From an uncultured Coriobacteriales bacterium (GTDB taxonomy: Bacteria; Actinomycetota; Coriobacteriia; Coriobacteriales; UMGS124), in NCBI GenBank assembly GCA_934636245.1, contig CAKUAI010000004.1, forward strand, positions 131,923-195,922: DNA of 64,000 nucleotides. The letters run 5' to 3'. Positions 24,872 through 34,942 of the stretch are shown in pieces; the first letter of the stretch is position 1, and each line of letters opens with the position of its first letter. The notes under the pieces were generated by a model. That model was given only the letters and a program-made list of their open reading frames with translations. It did not search any database and had not been told where the DNA came from. A program made the position numbers and the translations under genes.

Positions 24872-26392
24872 TTAACCCTCGTATGAGTCGTCTTCGCCGT
24901 AATAGCCTGATTCGTCGTACGAGCCGTAGTCGCTGTAGTCCGTGCCGTCGGTCCACTCATCTTGAGACGGATCGTACTCGTCCGACCCGTCCTGCGAAGC
25001 GGTGTCGGCAGGAGGATCGGGGGCCCACTGGTCTTCAGGAACCGTGGCATTGAGCACGTACGTACCGTTCGAGATGGTGGGCGTGACCGAAGTGCCGTTG
25101 ATGGCAATCGAAACGCCGGTGGAGTCGCTCAGCGTCACGGCAAGGGTGCGTCCAATCGTCCATTCCTGCGTGGACCCAGCTTCCAGGTTGCCCGCATACA
25201 CGGCGTTGCCGTCGACGTAGACCTCCGCCCACACAGAGTTTGCCGCGTCGGCTGCAAAGGCAAGCGAGACCTTGGAGTTCACGGGAATGGCAGTGAGGTC
25301 GATGCCGGAGGGATTGAGCTTCGTCGTGTCGACGATCGTGCCAGGCTGAGCCGTTTGATTCGTGCCGGCCACGCTCGTGACGGGAATGGAGCTGTTGCCC
25401 TGCGACTGGGATGCCTTGTTCGTGCACGACGTGGCAGCCACAGCTATCACCACAACGAGCACGACTGCAAAAACGCCCACAAGAATGAGCATGACGCGCC
25501 TGTCAGCCATGATGGTCTGGAGGATGCCCTGAAGCACTTCCGAAACGCTTTGCTGCGTGGCATGCGTCGTTTGGTTGCGTCCTCCCGACCTGCCGCCGCT
25601 GCCTCCCTCATACCCGCTGTCAACTTCGAGCGGCTGGGCAGTCTCACGTGGGCGGGAGCTTGGACGCTGACCCTGATATGAGCCAGCTGCGGCAGTGCCC
25701 GAACCCGTGCGCCTGCCAGCGGCACCATAGGAGCCCGACTTCGCCGTATCCTGTCGCGTTCGAAAATCGGTATAGCGGCCGGGTTCGGACTCGAAGCCGC
25801 TGCGACCAGACTGTCTGTTTCTGCTTGCGGGGGCCTCATAGCGACCAGGGGCCGGCGCACTTGTACGGGCAGGCGAGGCGGGACGGCCATACGTGCCGCG
25901 GCTGTCCCCTCCCCGTTGAGCACGCGCCTCTGATGAGGCGGGCCTTGTGGGCGTGCGCATGGCCGAGGAGGCGCCTTGCGACCTGCCGGTCTGAGGCTGA
26001 CGGGTGTCCTGGCGGTAGCCGGCACGCTGATCGGACCGAGTGTCGCGTCGGCGCTCGTCTTGACGTGACGCGTCGCGCGAAGAGGCCTGCTGGAAGCGTT
26101 CGTCCTGACGGGCATAGCCCTGCTGACGAGCCTCATATTCGGCAAGCTGCTCGTCGAAGGCGCGCAGGACCTCGGAGGTGTTAAGACCGAGGTAGCGAGC
26201 ATACGACCCCATCGAGGCGCGTGCATAGCCCTTGGGGGGCATGGCGTCGAAGTCGGTGTACTCGAACGCCTCGATGACATGGCGGCGCAGCTTCGTGGCT
26301 TCGGCTGCCTTATCAATTGAAAGGCCAAGCTCCTTGCGGCGTTTGGCCAGAAGGTTTCCGATGGGCTGCATGTTCGGCATCTTCTGCATCAC
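24872..26392 (-). CDS. RodZ-like protein: XRE-type HTH, disordered R/S/G-rich region, TM helix, DUF4115-like extracellular domain
   Basis: N-terminal HTH (LLAKRRKELGLSIDKAAEATKLRRHVIEAFE...PKGYARASMGSYARYLGL). One TM helix (VMLILVGVFAVVLVVVIAVA). C-terminal DUF4115-like segment (VSLAFAADAANSVWAEVYVDGNAVYAGNLEAGSTQEW). The start (GTG 26392 or ATG 26389) overlaps the ftsK stop as GTGATG. Confidence 0.75.
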   Translation of the reverse strand: MMQKMPNMQPIGNLLAKRRKELGLSIDKAAEATKLRRHVIEAFEYTDFDAMPPKGYARASMGSYARYLGLNTSEVLRAFDEQLAEYEARQQGYARQDERFQQASSRDASRQDERRRDTRSDQRAGYRQDTRQPQTGRSQGASSAMRTPTRPASSEARAQRGGDSRGTYGRPASPARTSAPAPGRYEAPASRNRQSGRSGFESEPGRYTDFRTRQDTAKSGSYGAAGRRTGSGTAAAGSYQGQRPSSRPRETAQPLEVDSGYEGGSGGRSGGRNQTTHATQQSVSEVLQGILQTIMADRRVMLILVGVFAVVLVVVIAVAATSCTNKASQSQGNSSIPVTSVAGTNQTAQPGTIVDTTKLNPSGIDLTAIPVNSKVSLAFAADAANSVWAEVYVDGNAVYAGNLEAGSTQEWTIGRTLAVTLSDSTGVSIAINGTSVTPTISNGTYVLNATVPEDQWAPDPPADTASQDGSDEYDPSQDEWTDGTDYSDYGSYDESGYYGEDDSYEG

Positions 26393-29300
26393 TCTCCAGA
26401 CGGGATGTCGGCGTTGCGGAGCGTCTCAAGCTCGTCGAGGTCAGACACGAGAACGGTTCGCGGCTTGGAGCCCTGGGCAGGGCCCACCACGCCCATTTCC
26501 TCGAGCAAGTCCATGACGCGGCCGGCGCGAGCATAGCCGAGCTTCATGCGACGCTGGAGCATGGAAGTGGAGCCAAGCTGGTTCTCCACCACAAGTTTAG
26601 CAGCCTCCCAGGCCAAGGGGTCGTCGTCGCCCGGTCCTGCCGATCCTCCCCTACCCGTGGGTCCAGCAGGCTCGGTGGAGGTGTCGAGCGGCAGCTGCCC
26701 GCCTGCGCTGGGCATGGGCGCCATGGCGCAGGGATGCGCGGCGGGCTGCGCCTTGATGTGGTTGAGAATCGCAGCCTTCTCTTCGTCGGTGACGTTGCAT
26801 CCCTGGATGCGGCGGGGCATGTCGCCAAAGGAAGCCTCGAGGAACAGCATGTCACCGTGGGGCAGCAGCTTCTCGGCGCCCATCTGGTCGATGATGATGC
26901 GCGAGTCGGTGCCCTTCGAGACGCGCAGCGCGATGCGGTTGGCGACGTTTGCGCGGATGAGGCCCGTGACGATGTCGGCGCGCGGGGTCTGCGTGGCAAT
27001 GACGAGGTGGATGCCGGCGGCACGGCCCAGCTGGGCCACGCGCACGATGGATGCCTCCACGTCTTTCTTGGCGACCATCATGAGGTCTGCAAGCTCATCG
27101 ATGACGACGACGACGCACGGCAGAGTCGTGAGGTTCGTTTCCTCTTCGGCGATCCTGGTGACAAGCGAGTTGTAGGAAGCAAGGTCACGAACGCCCAGGT
27201 TGGAGAAGACGCGATAGCGCCTGTCCATCTCGGTGACCGCCCATTGCAATGCCGCGGCGGCCTGACGGGGATCGGTCACGACAGGCATGGCAAGGTGCGG
27301 AATGCCGGCATACTCGCTGAACTCGACCTGCTTGGGGTCGACGATGATGAGGCGGAGCTCCTCAGGCGTGTCACGCATGAGCATCGACAGGATGATGGAG
27401 TTCACGGTGACGGACTTGCCCGAACCAGTGGTGCCTGCGATGAGCAGGTGCGGAAGCTTGCCGAGGTCGGCATGGACGGGCTTGCCGCCGGCGTCGAGGC
27501 CTACGGCAAAGTCGAGCGGGCCGCCCGTGACGCAAGGCAGCACATCGCCGAAGGCAACCTCGCGGCGGCTTTCGTTGGCAACCTCAACACCCACGTAACT
27601 CGTGCCCGCAACAGGCGAGTAGATACGCACGCTGGGTGCAGCAAGAGTACGTGCGATGTCGTTCTCCAGGGCGGAAATCCTGTTTACGCGCACGCCCTTG
27701 CCAGGGCAGAGACGATACGTTGTGAACGTGGGGCCCTCGACCCAGTCGACCACATGGGCATCCACGCCAAACTCCGCAAGCGCCGACTGCAGCGCAGCGG
27801 CGGTCTCTTGGGCGAGCTCAGAGTGCTCTGCGACGAAGCCCTTGCCGCCGTTGGAGCGCCTGGCCAATGCCAGCGGGGGAAGCTCGTAGGGACCCTCGTT
27901 GACGGGGGCATCCTGCTGGCTTGCCCCGAAGTTGACAAGGGCCTCGGCAGCCTCGCTGGAAGAGGCACGACGCGTGGGCTCCTGGGCAAAAACGCTTGTG
28001 GCGTTGGGGTTCGAGGTGACGCTGCGACGCTGCTGGGAAGTCGAGGACACCGCAGGGGCCATGGGTTGCGCCACGTCAGCAGATGCGTCCCCTGCAGGCT
28101 CCTCCCAGGGCAGTTCGCACTCGGTGGAATCCCCGTCGAGCACGGCGGAGGTGGGGGGCACCTCCGCATATGCATCGTTGTAGCGAGCGGCTTCGACGGC
28201 CGTGGTGGCCGTGCTGTCGAGGGAGGCCGAATCGCTCTCCCCTGCCGGCTGCGCGGGTCGCGTGTACACGGGGGCTGTGGGCGCAGACGGACGCTTGGCT
28301 TCTCGGGCTGCCTCGAAGTCGCTCGCCGGCTCGGCGGCGGGCAAGGCGGCAGCGGACGCATCATCGCGAGAGGCGCATGCTGCAGTCGCTGTCGCAGCAG
28401 CCGTGCTGGGCGCAATGGTGCCTTTCTCGGCAATGTACATGTCGTCAGAAGACGCCATCGACTCGTCGTAATAGAGTGGGGCGCCCGGAATGACGCCTGG
28501 GACGAGGCTGTCGGCCTGACCGTCGCCCAGGTCGTTCGGGTCGAAGGCGTCGCGGTTCCACTCGTCGGCCGGGTTCCACCAACCCGAGGAGACACGGCGG
28601 GCCTTCTTGTTGATGAGCGACTGAGGGGGCTGGGGCAGCGACTCGTCAAGGGCAAAGTGCTGCTCAAGCATGGAACGCACCTCGGGCACACGACGATAGT
28701 CATCGGCGGGCTCGTATGCGTCGTCATCCTCATAGCCAGCGCCGTCGCGCTCCTGTGCAAGCAGGGTCGTCTTGGGAGCAGGCTGCACTTGCTCGTATCC
28801 AAGGTCGTCCTCGCCGTCAAGGAGCGTCGTCGAAGCGACGCCTGCGGCCTTTGCGCGGCTGAGAACCGAAGCGGGAGGCGTTGCGTAGTCGCGCAGATCC
28901 ACGGCCTCGCGGTCGAACGGTATGACCGTGGTTGCAGAGCGAGCACGGCCCGTGGGCGCCGCGCTCATGCCAGACTGCGGGCGGCAGCGATCGCCGGGGT
29001 TGAACAGCACGGTGGGCGTATAGCCTTCAGGCAGCTCATCCTCGTAGAAATCGTCCTCATAGCGCGACGCACGGCGCTCGCGGGAGGCGCGCCTCTCCGC
29101 GCTACGGGCAAGCGACTGCTGGTGGCGCATGCGCACTTGGGCGACTGCGGAGGAGACATCGAGGCCGATGATCACAAGGCCTGCGATGGCGATGCCAACA
29201 ATCACAACGAAGCCGGCAATCTGGCCAAAGAGCGAAAGAAGCACCCAGGCGAGGCCGTTACCGACATAGCCGCCCCGTGCACGGAGGTTTTCGACACCGA

Positions 29301-29811
29301 ACAAGATGTTCGCATCTGCGGTGCAACCTACGGTGGTGATGCCGAAGCCGGCCATCACGGCAAGGGCCACAAGCAGCAAACCCACAATGACCCTGCTTGC
29401 AACAAGGCCGGCATGCTGAGTGAAAATGGTTACCGACCATGCGACAAGCGCAAGGGGCACAAGAATCGCCCCGACGCCGAAGAGCGTATGCAGAAAAGCG
29501 CTGAGGCCCTGGGTGAGCATGCCGGTTGAGGGAGCAAGCATCGCGATGAACAGAGCCGCACCGATGACGGCCACCACGACGCCCGCGATTTGCTGGCGCG
29601 TCTCATAGTCGAGTAGCGGCGTGCGAGGCTCCGCAGACATGGCTGGGCTCGGTGCGGGCTCCACCCGGCGCTGAGCAGACTGGTTCGAGGAGGCAGCCTG
29701 CCCGGAGCGAGCCTTGGCGGTCGCCTTCTGCGGGGTCGCCTTCTTGGTGCGCCCTCCGGACTTTTCTTTGGTTGTCTTCTGCGAGCTGGCCTCGCTCTTC
29801 GGACGACTCAC
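26389..29811 (-). CDS. ftsK: DNA translocase FtsK/SpoIIIE
   Basis: 1140 aa. Basic N-terminus, 4-5 TM helices, a roughly 500-aa A/P/S/D-rich linker, a motor domain with Walker A GTTGSGKS and Walker B VVVIDELADLM, and a C-terminal gamma wHTH (LQRRMKLGYARAGRVMDLLEEMGVVG). Confidence 0.94.
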   Translation of the reverse strand: MSRPKSEASSQKTTKEKSGGRTKKATPQKATAKARSGQAASSNQSAQRRVEPAPSPAMSAEPRTPLLDYETRQQIAGVVVAVIGAALFIAMLAPSTGMLTQGLSAFLHTLFGVGAILVPLALVAWSVTIFTQHAGLVASRVIVGLLLVALAVMAGFGITTVGCTADANILFGVENLRARGGYVGNGLAWVLLSLFGQIAGFVVIVGIAIAGLVIIGLDVSSAVAQVRMRHQQSLARSAERRASRERRASRYEDDFYEDELPEGYTPTVLFNPGDRCRPQSGMSAAPTGRARSATTVIPFDREAVDLRDYATPPASVLSRAKAAGVASTTLLDGEDDLGYEQVQPAPKTTLLAQERDGAGYEDDDAYEPADDYRRVPEVRSMLEQHFALDESLPQPPQSLINKKARRVSSGWWNPADEWNRDAFDPNDLGDGQADSLVPGVIPGAPLYYDESMASSDDMYIAEKGTIAPSTAAATATAACASRDDASAAALPAAEPASDFEAAREAKRPSAPTAPVYTRPAQPAGESDSASLDSTATTAVEAARYNDAYAEVPPTSAVLDGDSTECELPWEEPAGDASADVAQPMAPAVSSTSQQRRSVTSNPNATSVFAQEPTRRASSSEAAEALVNFGASQQDAPVNEGPYELPPLALARRSNGGKGFVAEHSELAQETAAALQSALAEFGVDAHVVDWVEGPTFTTYRLCPGKGVRVNRISALENDIARTLAAPSVRIYSPVAGTSYVGVEVANESRREVAFGDVLPCVTGGPLDFAVGLDAGGKPVHADLGKLPHLLIAGTTGSGKSVTVNSIILSMLMRDTPEELRLIIVDPKQVEFSEYAGIPHLAMPVVTDPRQAAAALQWAVTEMDRRYRVFSNLGVRDLASYNSLVTRIAEEETNLTTLPCVVVVIDELADLMMVAKKDVEASIVRVAQLGRAAGIHLVIATQTPRADIVTGLIRANVANRIALRVSKGTDSRIIIDQMGAEKLLPHGDMLFLEASFGDMPRRIQGCNVTDEEKAAILNHIKAQPAAHPCAMAPMPSAGGQLPLDTSTEPAGPTGRGGSAGPGDDDPLAWEAAKLVVENQLGSTSMLQRRMKLGYARAGRVMDLLEEMGVVGPAQGSKPRTVLVSDLDELETLRNADIPSGE

Positions 29812-29826
29812 GCGCTGGAACCTGCC

Positions 29827-31509
29827 TTACACTTCCACGACGAACGAAACAATGACCGGGCGGCTGTGCCAGGTCTCCCAAAGGTGGCTCGAAACGGTGT
29901 CGCGCACAACCTTGTCCACAGCCTCGCGGCTCTCAAGCGAGGCACTGCGCTTGGCAATGGCTTTCTTCACGCGCTCGGTAAGCAGTGTGACGCAACCAGG
30001 CGCCTCGGCGTCAAACGATACACCCTTGGCAGAAAGCTGAAGGCCAACCAAGGTGGATGTACGGCGGGAGAACGTGGCAACGACGCTTACCAGGCCGTCT
30101 TCCGACAGGCGCTTGCGGTCGGCAAGAACCATCTGGTCGGTGTCGGAGATGCGCAGGCCATCGACGTAGATGACGCCCGACTCGACCGTCTTGCCGCGTG
30201 TGACGCGATGGTCGCGCATCTCGAGCGACTCGCCGTTGTCGAGAATGAAGATGTTGTCCTCGTCGACGCCCATGTCCTGGGCAAGCTTTGCATGAGCGCG
30301 CAGATGTGTGGCTTCGCCGTGGACGGGCATGAAGTGCTTGGGACGCGTGAGCGCCATGAGCATCTTCAGCTCCTCCTGGGAGGCGTGGCCGGAGACGTGG
30401 ACCATGCCGCGGCTCTTGTCGTACACGTCGGCGCCGATTTTGGCGAGGGTGTTGATAATCTGGGTCACGGCCTTCTCGTTGCCCGGGACCGGCGTGGCCG
30501 AGATGATGACCGTATCGCCCTCTTGAATCTGCAGCGTCTTGTGCTCACCCGTAGCCATGCGTGCAAGAGCCGAGAGCGGCTCGCCTTGAGAGCCGGTGCA
30601 TAGCACGACGACGCGGTTCTCGGGGTACTTGTCGATGTCGAAGGCATCGATGATGTCCTCTTCATCAATCTTGAGGTAGCCGAGCTCGCGGGCAACGCGG
30701 GTGTTGGTGAGCATCGAACGACCGGTCACGACCACCTTGCGGCCCGATGCGATCGCGGCGTCGCACACCTGCTGGAGACGATGGATGTGGCTCGAGAACG
30801 AAGCAACGAACACGCGGCCCTTGGCGTTGGAGATGACATCACGCAAGAAGGGGCCGACCGCAGCCTCGCTGGGGGTGTACCCAGGGCGGTTTGCGTTGGT
30901 CGAGTCGCTCATCAGCAGGTCGACACCCTCATAGGCGAACCTGGTCAGGGCCGCAAAATCAGTACGGACGCCGTCGATGGGGGTCTGGTCGAGCTTGAAG
31001 TCGCCCGTGTGCAGAACGTTGCCGGCAGGGCTCTGGATAAACGCGCCCATGGCCGCAGGGATGGAGTGGTTCACCGAGAAGAACTCAACGCCGAGCTTGC
31101 CGAGCTGCACCCTGTCGCCCGACTTGACCTCTTTGAAGTTGGGGTTCTTGATACGGTGCTCCTCAAGCCTGCCGGCAATCATGCCGAGCGTGAGCTTCGA
31201 GGAGTAGATGGGAACATTGGGGTTGAGGTCCTGCAGCAGGTACGGCAAGGCGCCGATGTGGTCCTCGTGGCCGTGCGTGATGATGATGCCGCGCAGCTTG
31301 TCCTCGTTCTCAAGGACATAGGTGTAATCCGGCAGGATAAGGTCCACACCGGGATGGTTGTCATCAGGGAACATGAGACCGGCGTCGTCCAAAATCATGT
31401 CGTCACCGTACTCGATGACCGTCATGTTCTTGCCGATGCCGTCGAGGCCGCCCAAAGGAATGACCTTCAGCGCGGGCCCCTTTGCCTGAGTGCTCTTCCG
31501 TTTTGCCAT
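29827..31509 (-). CDS. rnj: Ribonuclease J
   Basis: Metallo-beta-lactamase/beta-CASP protein. VIPLGGLDGIGKNM, HGHEDHIGALPYL, SDSTNA, and the C-terminal RNase J domain. 560 aa. Confidence 0.93.
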   Translation of the reverse strand: MAKRKSTQAKGPALKVIPLGGLDGIGKNMTVIEYGDDMILDDAGLMFPDDNHPGVDLILPDYTYVLENEDKLRGIIITHGHEDHIGALPYLLQDLNPNVPIYSSKLTLGMIAGRLEEHRIKNPNFKEVKSGDRVQLGKLGVEFFSVNHSIPAAMGAFIQSPAGNVLHTGDFKLDQTPIDGVRTDFAALTRFAYEGVDLLMSDSTNANRPGYTPSEAAVGPFLRDVISNAKGRVFVASFSSHIHRLQQVCDAAIASGRKVVVTGRSMLTNTRVARELGYLKIDEEDIIDAFDIDKYPENRVVVLCTGSQGEPLSALARMATGEHKTLQIQEGDTVIISATPVPGNEKAVTQIINTLAKIGADVYDKSRGMVHVSGHASQEELKMLMALTRPKHFMPVHGEATHLRAHAKLAQDMGVDEDNIFILDNGESLEMRDHRVTRGKTVESGVIYVDGLRISDTDQMVLADRKRLSEDGLVSVVATFSRRTSTLVGLQLSAKGVSFDAEAPGCVTLLTERVKKAIAKRSASLESREAVDKVVRDTVSSHLWETWHSRPVIVSFVVEV

Positions 31510-31558
31510 ATACGAACGTTTCCTCCTTTATGTCGTCAGCTTATACAAACTGTTCCAT

Positions 31559-31607
31559 AACAAAACGCGGCGCTTCAGACGAGTCAGGCTCATCCTTCAG
31601 CGCCGCG
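31559..31607 (-). terminator. Candidate intrinsic terminator about 110 nt downstream of dapB / upstream of rnj
   Basis: Minus-strand GC stem CGCGGCGC / GCGCCGCG (31607-31600 / 31573-31566) with a 26-nt, partly paired loop, followed by TTTTGTT. Confidence 0.4.
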
Positions 31608-31719
31608 CAAGCAATCAAATGTGTGACGATGCCTCTTGCGAGTGGTGTAAGAGCCATCCATCATGGTACCCCAGACGGGGCGGGCCCCCTTTGTATGTGG
31701 GGGCAAAAACGCAATTTGC

Positions 31720-32517
31720 CTAGAGGCCCATGAGGCACTCAAGACCCACCGTGAAGGGTTCCGGCAGGCTGGCGACATTGCGAATCGCAAGCAAAACGCC
31801 GGGCATGTAGGCCTCGCGCAGCGTGGAATCATGGCGAATGGTGAGCGTCTGGCCGGCCGCAGACATGATGACCTCCTGAGAGGCCATGTAGCCGTCGCCA
31901 CGGATGGCATGGATGCGCACGCCGTCGACCTCGGCACCACGGGCGCCCTCGCAACCAGCAATTTCAGTCTCGCTGCCGGGGCCGGCGTTGCGCACGCCTC
32001 CCCTGCCCTCGGCGATCATGTGCGCGGTGGTGACAGCGGTGCCGGAAGGGGCGTCCTTCTTGCCGTCGTGGTGCATCTCGACGATCTCGACGTCGGGGAA
32101 GAACTTGCCAGCGACCTTGGCAAACTGCATCATGAGGACGGCGCCGGTGGTGAAGTTCGGGGCAAAGAAGAGCTTGCCGCCCTTGTCCGCGTACTTCAGA
32201 GCGAGGGCCTCCATGTCCTGACGGGCAACACCGGTGGTGCCCACAACGGCGTGCGCACCATGGGACAGCACGCACTCGACATTGGCAAGCACGGCGCCAG
32301 GCTGGGTGAAGTCGACCACGACGTCGGCTCCGGTGGCGTCAATGAGCGCACCCAGATCATCGGAGCAGGCAAAATCACCGTCGGCGCAGGAAACGACCTG
32401 CCCAGCGCAATGGGGATCGAAGCAGCCGACAAGCTTGAGGTCCTCAGCTGCGGCCACAGCGTTGACGATGCAGGTGCCCATACGACCCTTGGCGCCAGAA
32501 ACGATAACCTTAACCAT
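31720..32517 (-). CDS. dapB: 4-hydroxy-tetrahydrodipicolinate reductase
   Basis: AAGGAGGAA RBS. N-terminal NAD(P)-binding MVKVIVSGAKGRMG and the catalytic region EMHHDGKKDAPSGTA. Confidence 0.93.
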   Translation of the reverse strand: MVKVIVSGAKGRMGTCIVNAVAAAEDLKLVGCFDPHCAGQVVSCADGDFACSDDLGALIDATGADVVVDFTQPGAVLANVECVLSHGAHAVVGTTGVARQDMEALALKYADKGGKLFFAPNFTTGAVLMMQFAKVAGKFFPDVEIVEMHHDGKKDAPSGTAVTTAHMIAEGRGGVRNAGPGSETEIAGCEGARGAEVDGVRIHAIRGDGYMASQEVIMSAAGQTLTIRHDSTLREAYMPGVLLAIRNVASLPEPFTVGLECLMGL

Positions 32518-32599
32518 AAAGTTCCTCCTTAAGGAAAAGGGACGTCAGCCCGAAATCTGCTGACGTCCCCAAACAATAACGCTTAAGTAAAACTAGAAC

Positions 32600-34858
32600 T
32601 TAGCCCTCATGGTGACGGCGGGGCTGACGACGCTCGCCACCCTCGTTGCCACCCTCGGACTTGTGGTGACCGCCGTCGCCGGGACGACGACGCTCGCGGG
32701 GCTTACGCTCCGAGCGCTCAGGACGCTCACCACGGTCCTCAGAGGACTTGCCGGAGCCGGCGGGAGCCTCGGGCTTGTCGATACGGTCGAGCGAGACCTT
32801 GCCCTTCTCGTCGACCTCGATGACCTTGACGTGGACCTCATCGCCGACGTTAAGGACATCCTCAACCTTCTCCACACGACCTTGGGCCATGCGGGAGATG
32901 TGCAGCAGGCCGTCCTTGCCGGGCAGAAGCTCGACGAAGGCGCCGAAGGGCTGGACGCCCACAACGCGGCCGAAATACTCCTCGCCCACCTCGGGCACCT
33001 TGACGATGGCCTCGATGCGAGCACGGGCCTCCTCGCCGCCGGCATCGCAGGAGCCAATGAAGACGGTGCCGTCCTCCTGGATGTCGATGGTGGCGCCGGT
33101 GTCCTCCTGGATGGAGCGGATGGTCTTGCCGCCCGAGCCGATGACCTCGCGGATCTTGTCGGTCGGGATGTGGATGGTGATGATGTGCGGGGCGTTCTCA
33201 CGGACGCTCTCGCGAGGAGCGGCAATCTCGGCAAGCATGGCATCGAGGATGAAGGCGCGGCCTTCCTTGGCCTGCTGGAGAGCCTTGCGCAGAATCTCGA
33301 ACGTGAGGCCGGTGGCCTTGTTGTCCATCTGCATGGCGGTAATGCCCTCAGAGGTACCCGTCACCTTGAAGTCCATGTCGCCGAGGAAGTCCTCGAGACC
33401 CTGGATGTCGGAGAGAACGACGGTCTTGCCGTTCTCCTGGATGAGGCCCATGGCGATACCGGAAACCGGGCGCTTCAGGGGCACGCCACCGTCCATGAGG
33501 GCAAGGCAGCTGCCGCAGGTCGACGCCATGGACGAGGAGCCGTTAGACTCCATGACCTCGGAGACGACGCGGATGGTGTAGGGAAACTCTTCCTCGGAAG
33601 GAATGACAGGCAGAAGGGCGCGCTCAGCCAGGGCGCCGTGGCCGATCTCGCGGCGCTTGGGCGAGCCCATGCGGCCGGTCTCACCGGTGCAGTACGGCGG
33701 GAAGTTGTACTGGTGGATGTAGCGCTTGCCATCGATGGGCTCGATGGTGTCGAGACGCTGCCAGTCGTTGAGCATGCCGAGCGTCAGCACGGAGAGGACC
33801 TGGGTTTGGCCACGCTGGAAGAGGCCGGAGCCGTGCACGAGGGGCAGGTAGCCGGGCTTGATCATGAGCGGACGAATCTCGTCGGCGCGACGGCCGTCAA
33901 CGCGCTCGCCGGTCTCAACGACCATGACGCGCATGGCGTGCTTCTCGAGGCTCTTGAGCTCGACGGGGATCTCGCGGTCGAACTCGGCCTGCTCCTCCTC
34001 GGTGAACTCGGCCTTGATAGCGCTCTTGAGCTCGTCGACCTTGGCCATACGGGCCTGCTTGTCGGCATCCTTGAGGGCGGCGCTCATCTCGTCGTAGTGG
34101 GCGAAGATCTTGTCGTGCACGTAGGAGTTCGGCTCGTCGAGCGGGTACTCCTTCATGACGATGGGGCCATTGACCTCGGCGACCTTCTCGAAGAAGATCT
34201 TCTGCTGGTCGCAGAACGCACCGAGGGCCTCCTGGCCGAACTGCATGGCGGCCAGCATGTCCTCCTCGGTGATCTCCTCGGCGCCGGCCTCGAGCATGCT
34301 CACGAAGTCGCGGGTGCCGCCGAGCTCGAGGTCGAGGTCGGAGTTGTCGCGCTCTTCGTAGGTGGGGTTGACGATGAACTCATGGGTGTCGCGGTCGCGG
34401 CCGATGCGCACGCAGGCCAGCGGGCCCTCGAAGGGCACGCCGCCCACGGTGAGGGCAGCGGAGGCACCCATGGTGCAGATGACGTCGAAGGGGTTGATCT
34501 GGTCGCACACGAGCGAGGTGGCAACGATCTGCACCTCGTTGCGGAAGCCATCGGGGAAGCTCGGGCGGATAGGGCGGTCGATCATACGAGCGGTGAGGGT
34601 CGCCTTGTCGGTGGGGCGAGTCTCACGCTTGAGGTAGCCACCGGGCAGGCGGCCGACCGAGTACATGCGCTCCACGAAGTCAACCGTCAGCGGGAAGAAG
34701 TCGTAGTTCTTGCGCTCCTTGGAGACGACGGCGGTCATGAGGACCGTGGTATCGCCCTGCTTGACCAGGACGGCGCCCGTCGTCTGCTTCGCGAGTTCGC
34801 CGGTCTCGAGGGTGTAATGCTTGCCATAGAGGTCGAACTCGTGTGTAACCTTTGCCAT
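32600..34858 (-). CDS. pnp: Polyribonucleotide nucleotidyltransferase (PNPase)
   Basis: AAGGAG RBS. Two RNase PH domains (FPLTVDFVERMYSVGRLPGGYLKRE), KH (IREVIGSGGKTIRSI), S1 (GRVVGVQPFGAFVELLPGKDGLLHIS) and a basic C-terminal tail. It lies downstream of rpsO. Confidence 0.96.
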   Translation of the reverse strand: MAKVTHEFDLYGKHYTLETGELAKQTTGAVLVKQGDTTVLMTAVVSKERKNYDFFPLTVDFVERMYSVGRLPGGYLKRETRPTDKATLTARMIDRPIRPSFPDGFRNEVQIVATSLVCDQINPFDVICTMGASAALTVGGVPFEGPLACVRIGRDRDTHEFIVNPTYEERDNSDLDLELGGTRDFVSMLEAGAEEITEEDMLAAMQFGQEALGAFCDQQKIFFEKVAEVNGPIVMKEYPLDEPNSYVHDKIFAHYDEMSAALKDADKQARMAKVDELKSAIKAEFTEEEQAEFDREIPVELKSLEKHAMRVMVVETGERVDGRRADEIRPLMIKPGYLPLVHGSGLFQRGQTQVLSVLTLGMLNDWQRLDTIEPIDGKRYIHQYNFPPYCTGETGRMGSPKRREIGHGALAERALLPVIPSEEEFPYTIRVVSEVMESNGSSSMASTCGSCLALMDGGVPLKRPVSGIAMGLIQENGKTVVLSDIQGLEDFLGDMDFKVTGTSEGITAMQMDNKATGLTFEILRKALQQAKEGRAFILDAMLAEIAAPRESVRENAPHIITIHIPTDKIREVIGSGGKTIRSIQEDTGATIDIQEDGTVFIGSCDAGGEEARARIEAIVKVPEVGEEYFGRVVGVQPFGAFVELLPGKDGLLHISRMAQGRVEKVEDVLNVGDEVHVKVIEVDEKGKVSLDRIDKPEAPAGSGKSSEDRGERPERSERKPRERRRPGDGGHHKSEGGNEGGERRQPRRHHEG

Positions 34859-34942
34859 TCTGCAATCTCCTTCAACTCCGCTCGCCCCATTGCGAGCGGG
34901 ACCTATGCGCCTGCGCCCTGGCTATCGAGCCCTATGTGGACG

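Noticed and set aside
26317-29529. 1070-aa ORF on the plus strand antisense to ftsK. Similar giant antisense ORFs occur at 51923-54799 (antisense to alaS) and 32609-34963 (antisense to pnp).
   Set aside because: Long stop-free antisense frames are expected in high-GC DNA. The translations are low-complexity (G/A/R/V/L/H-rich) with no motifs. The opposite strands carry unambiguous FtsK, AlaRS and PNPase signatures.
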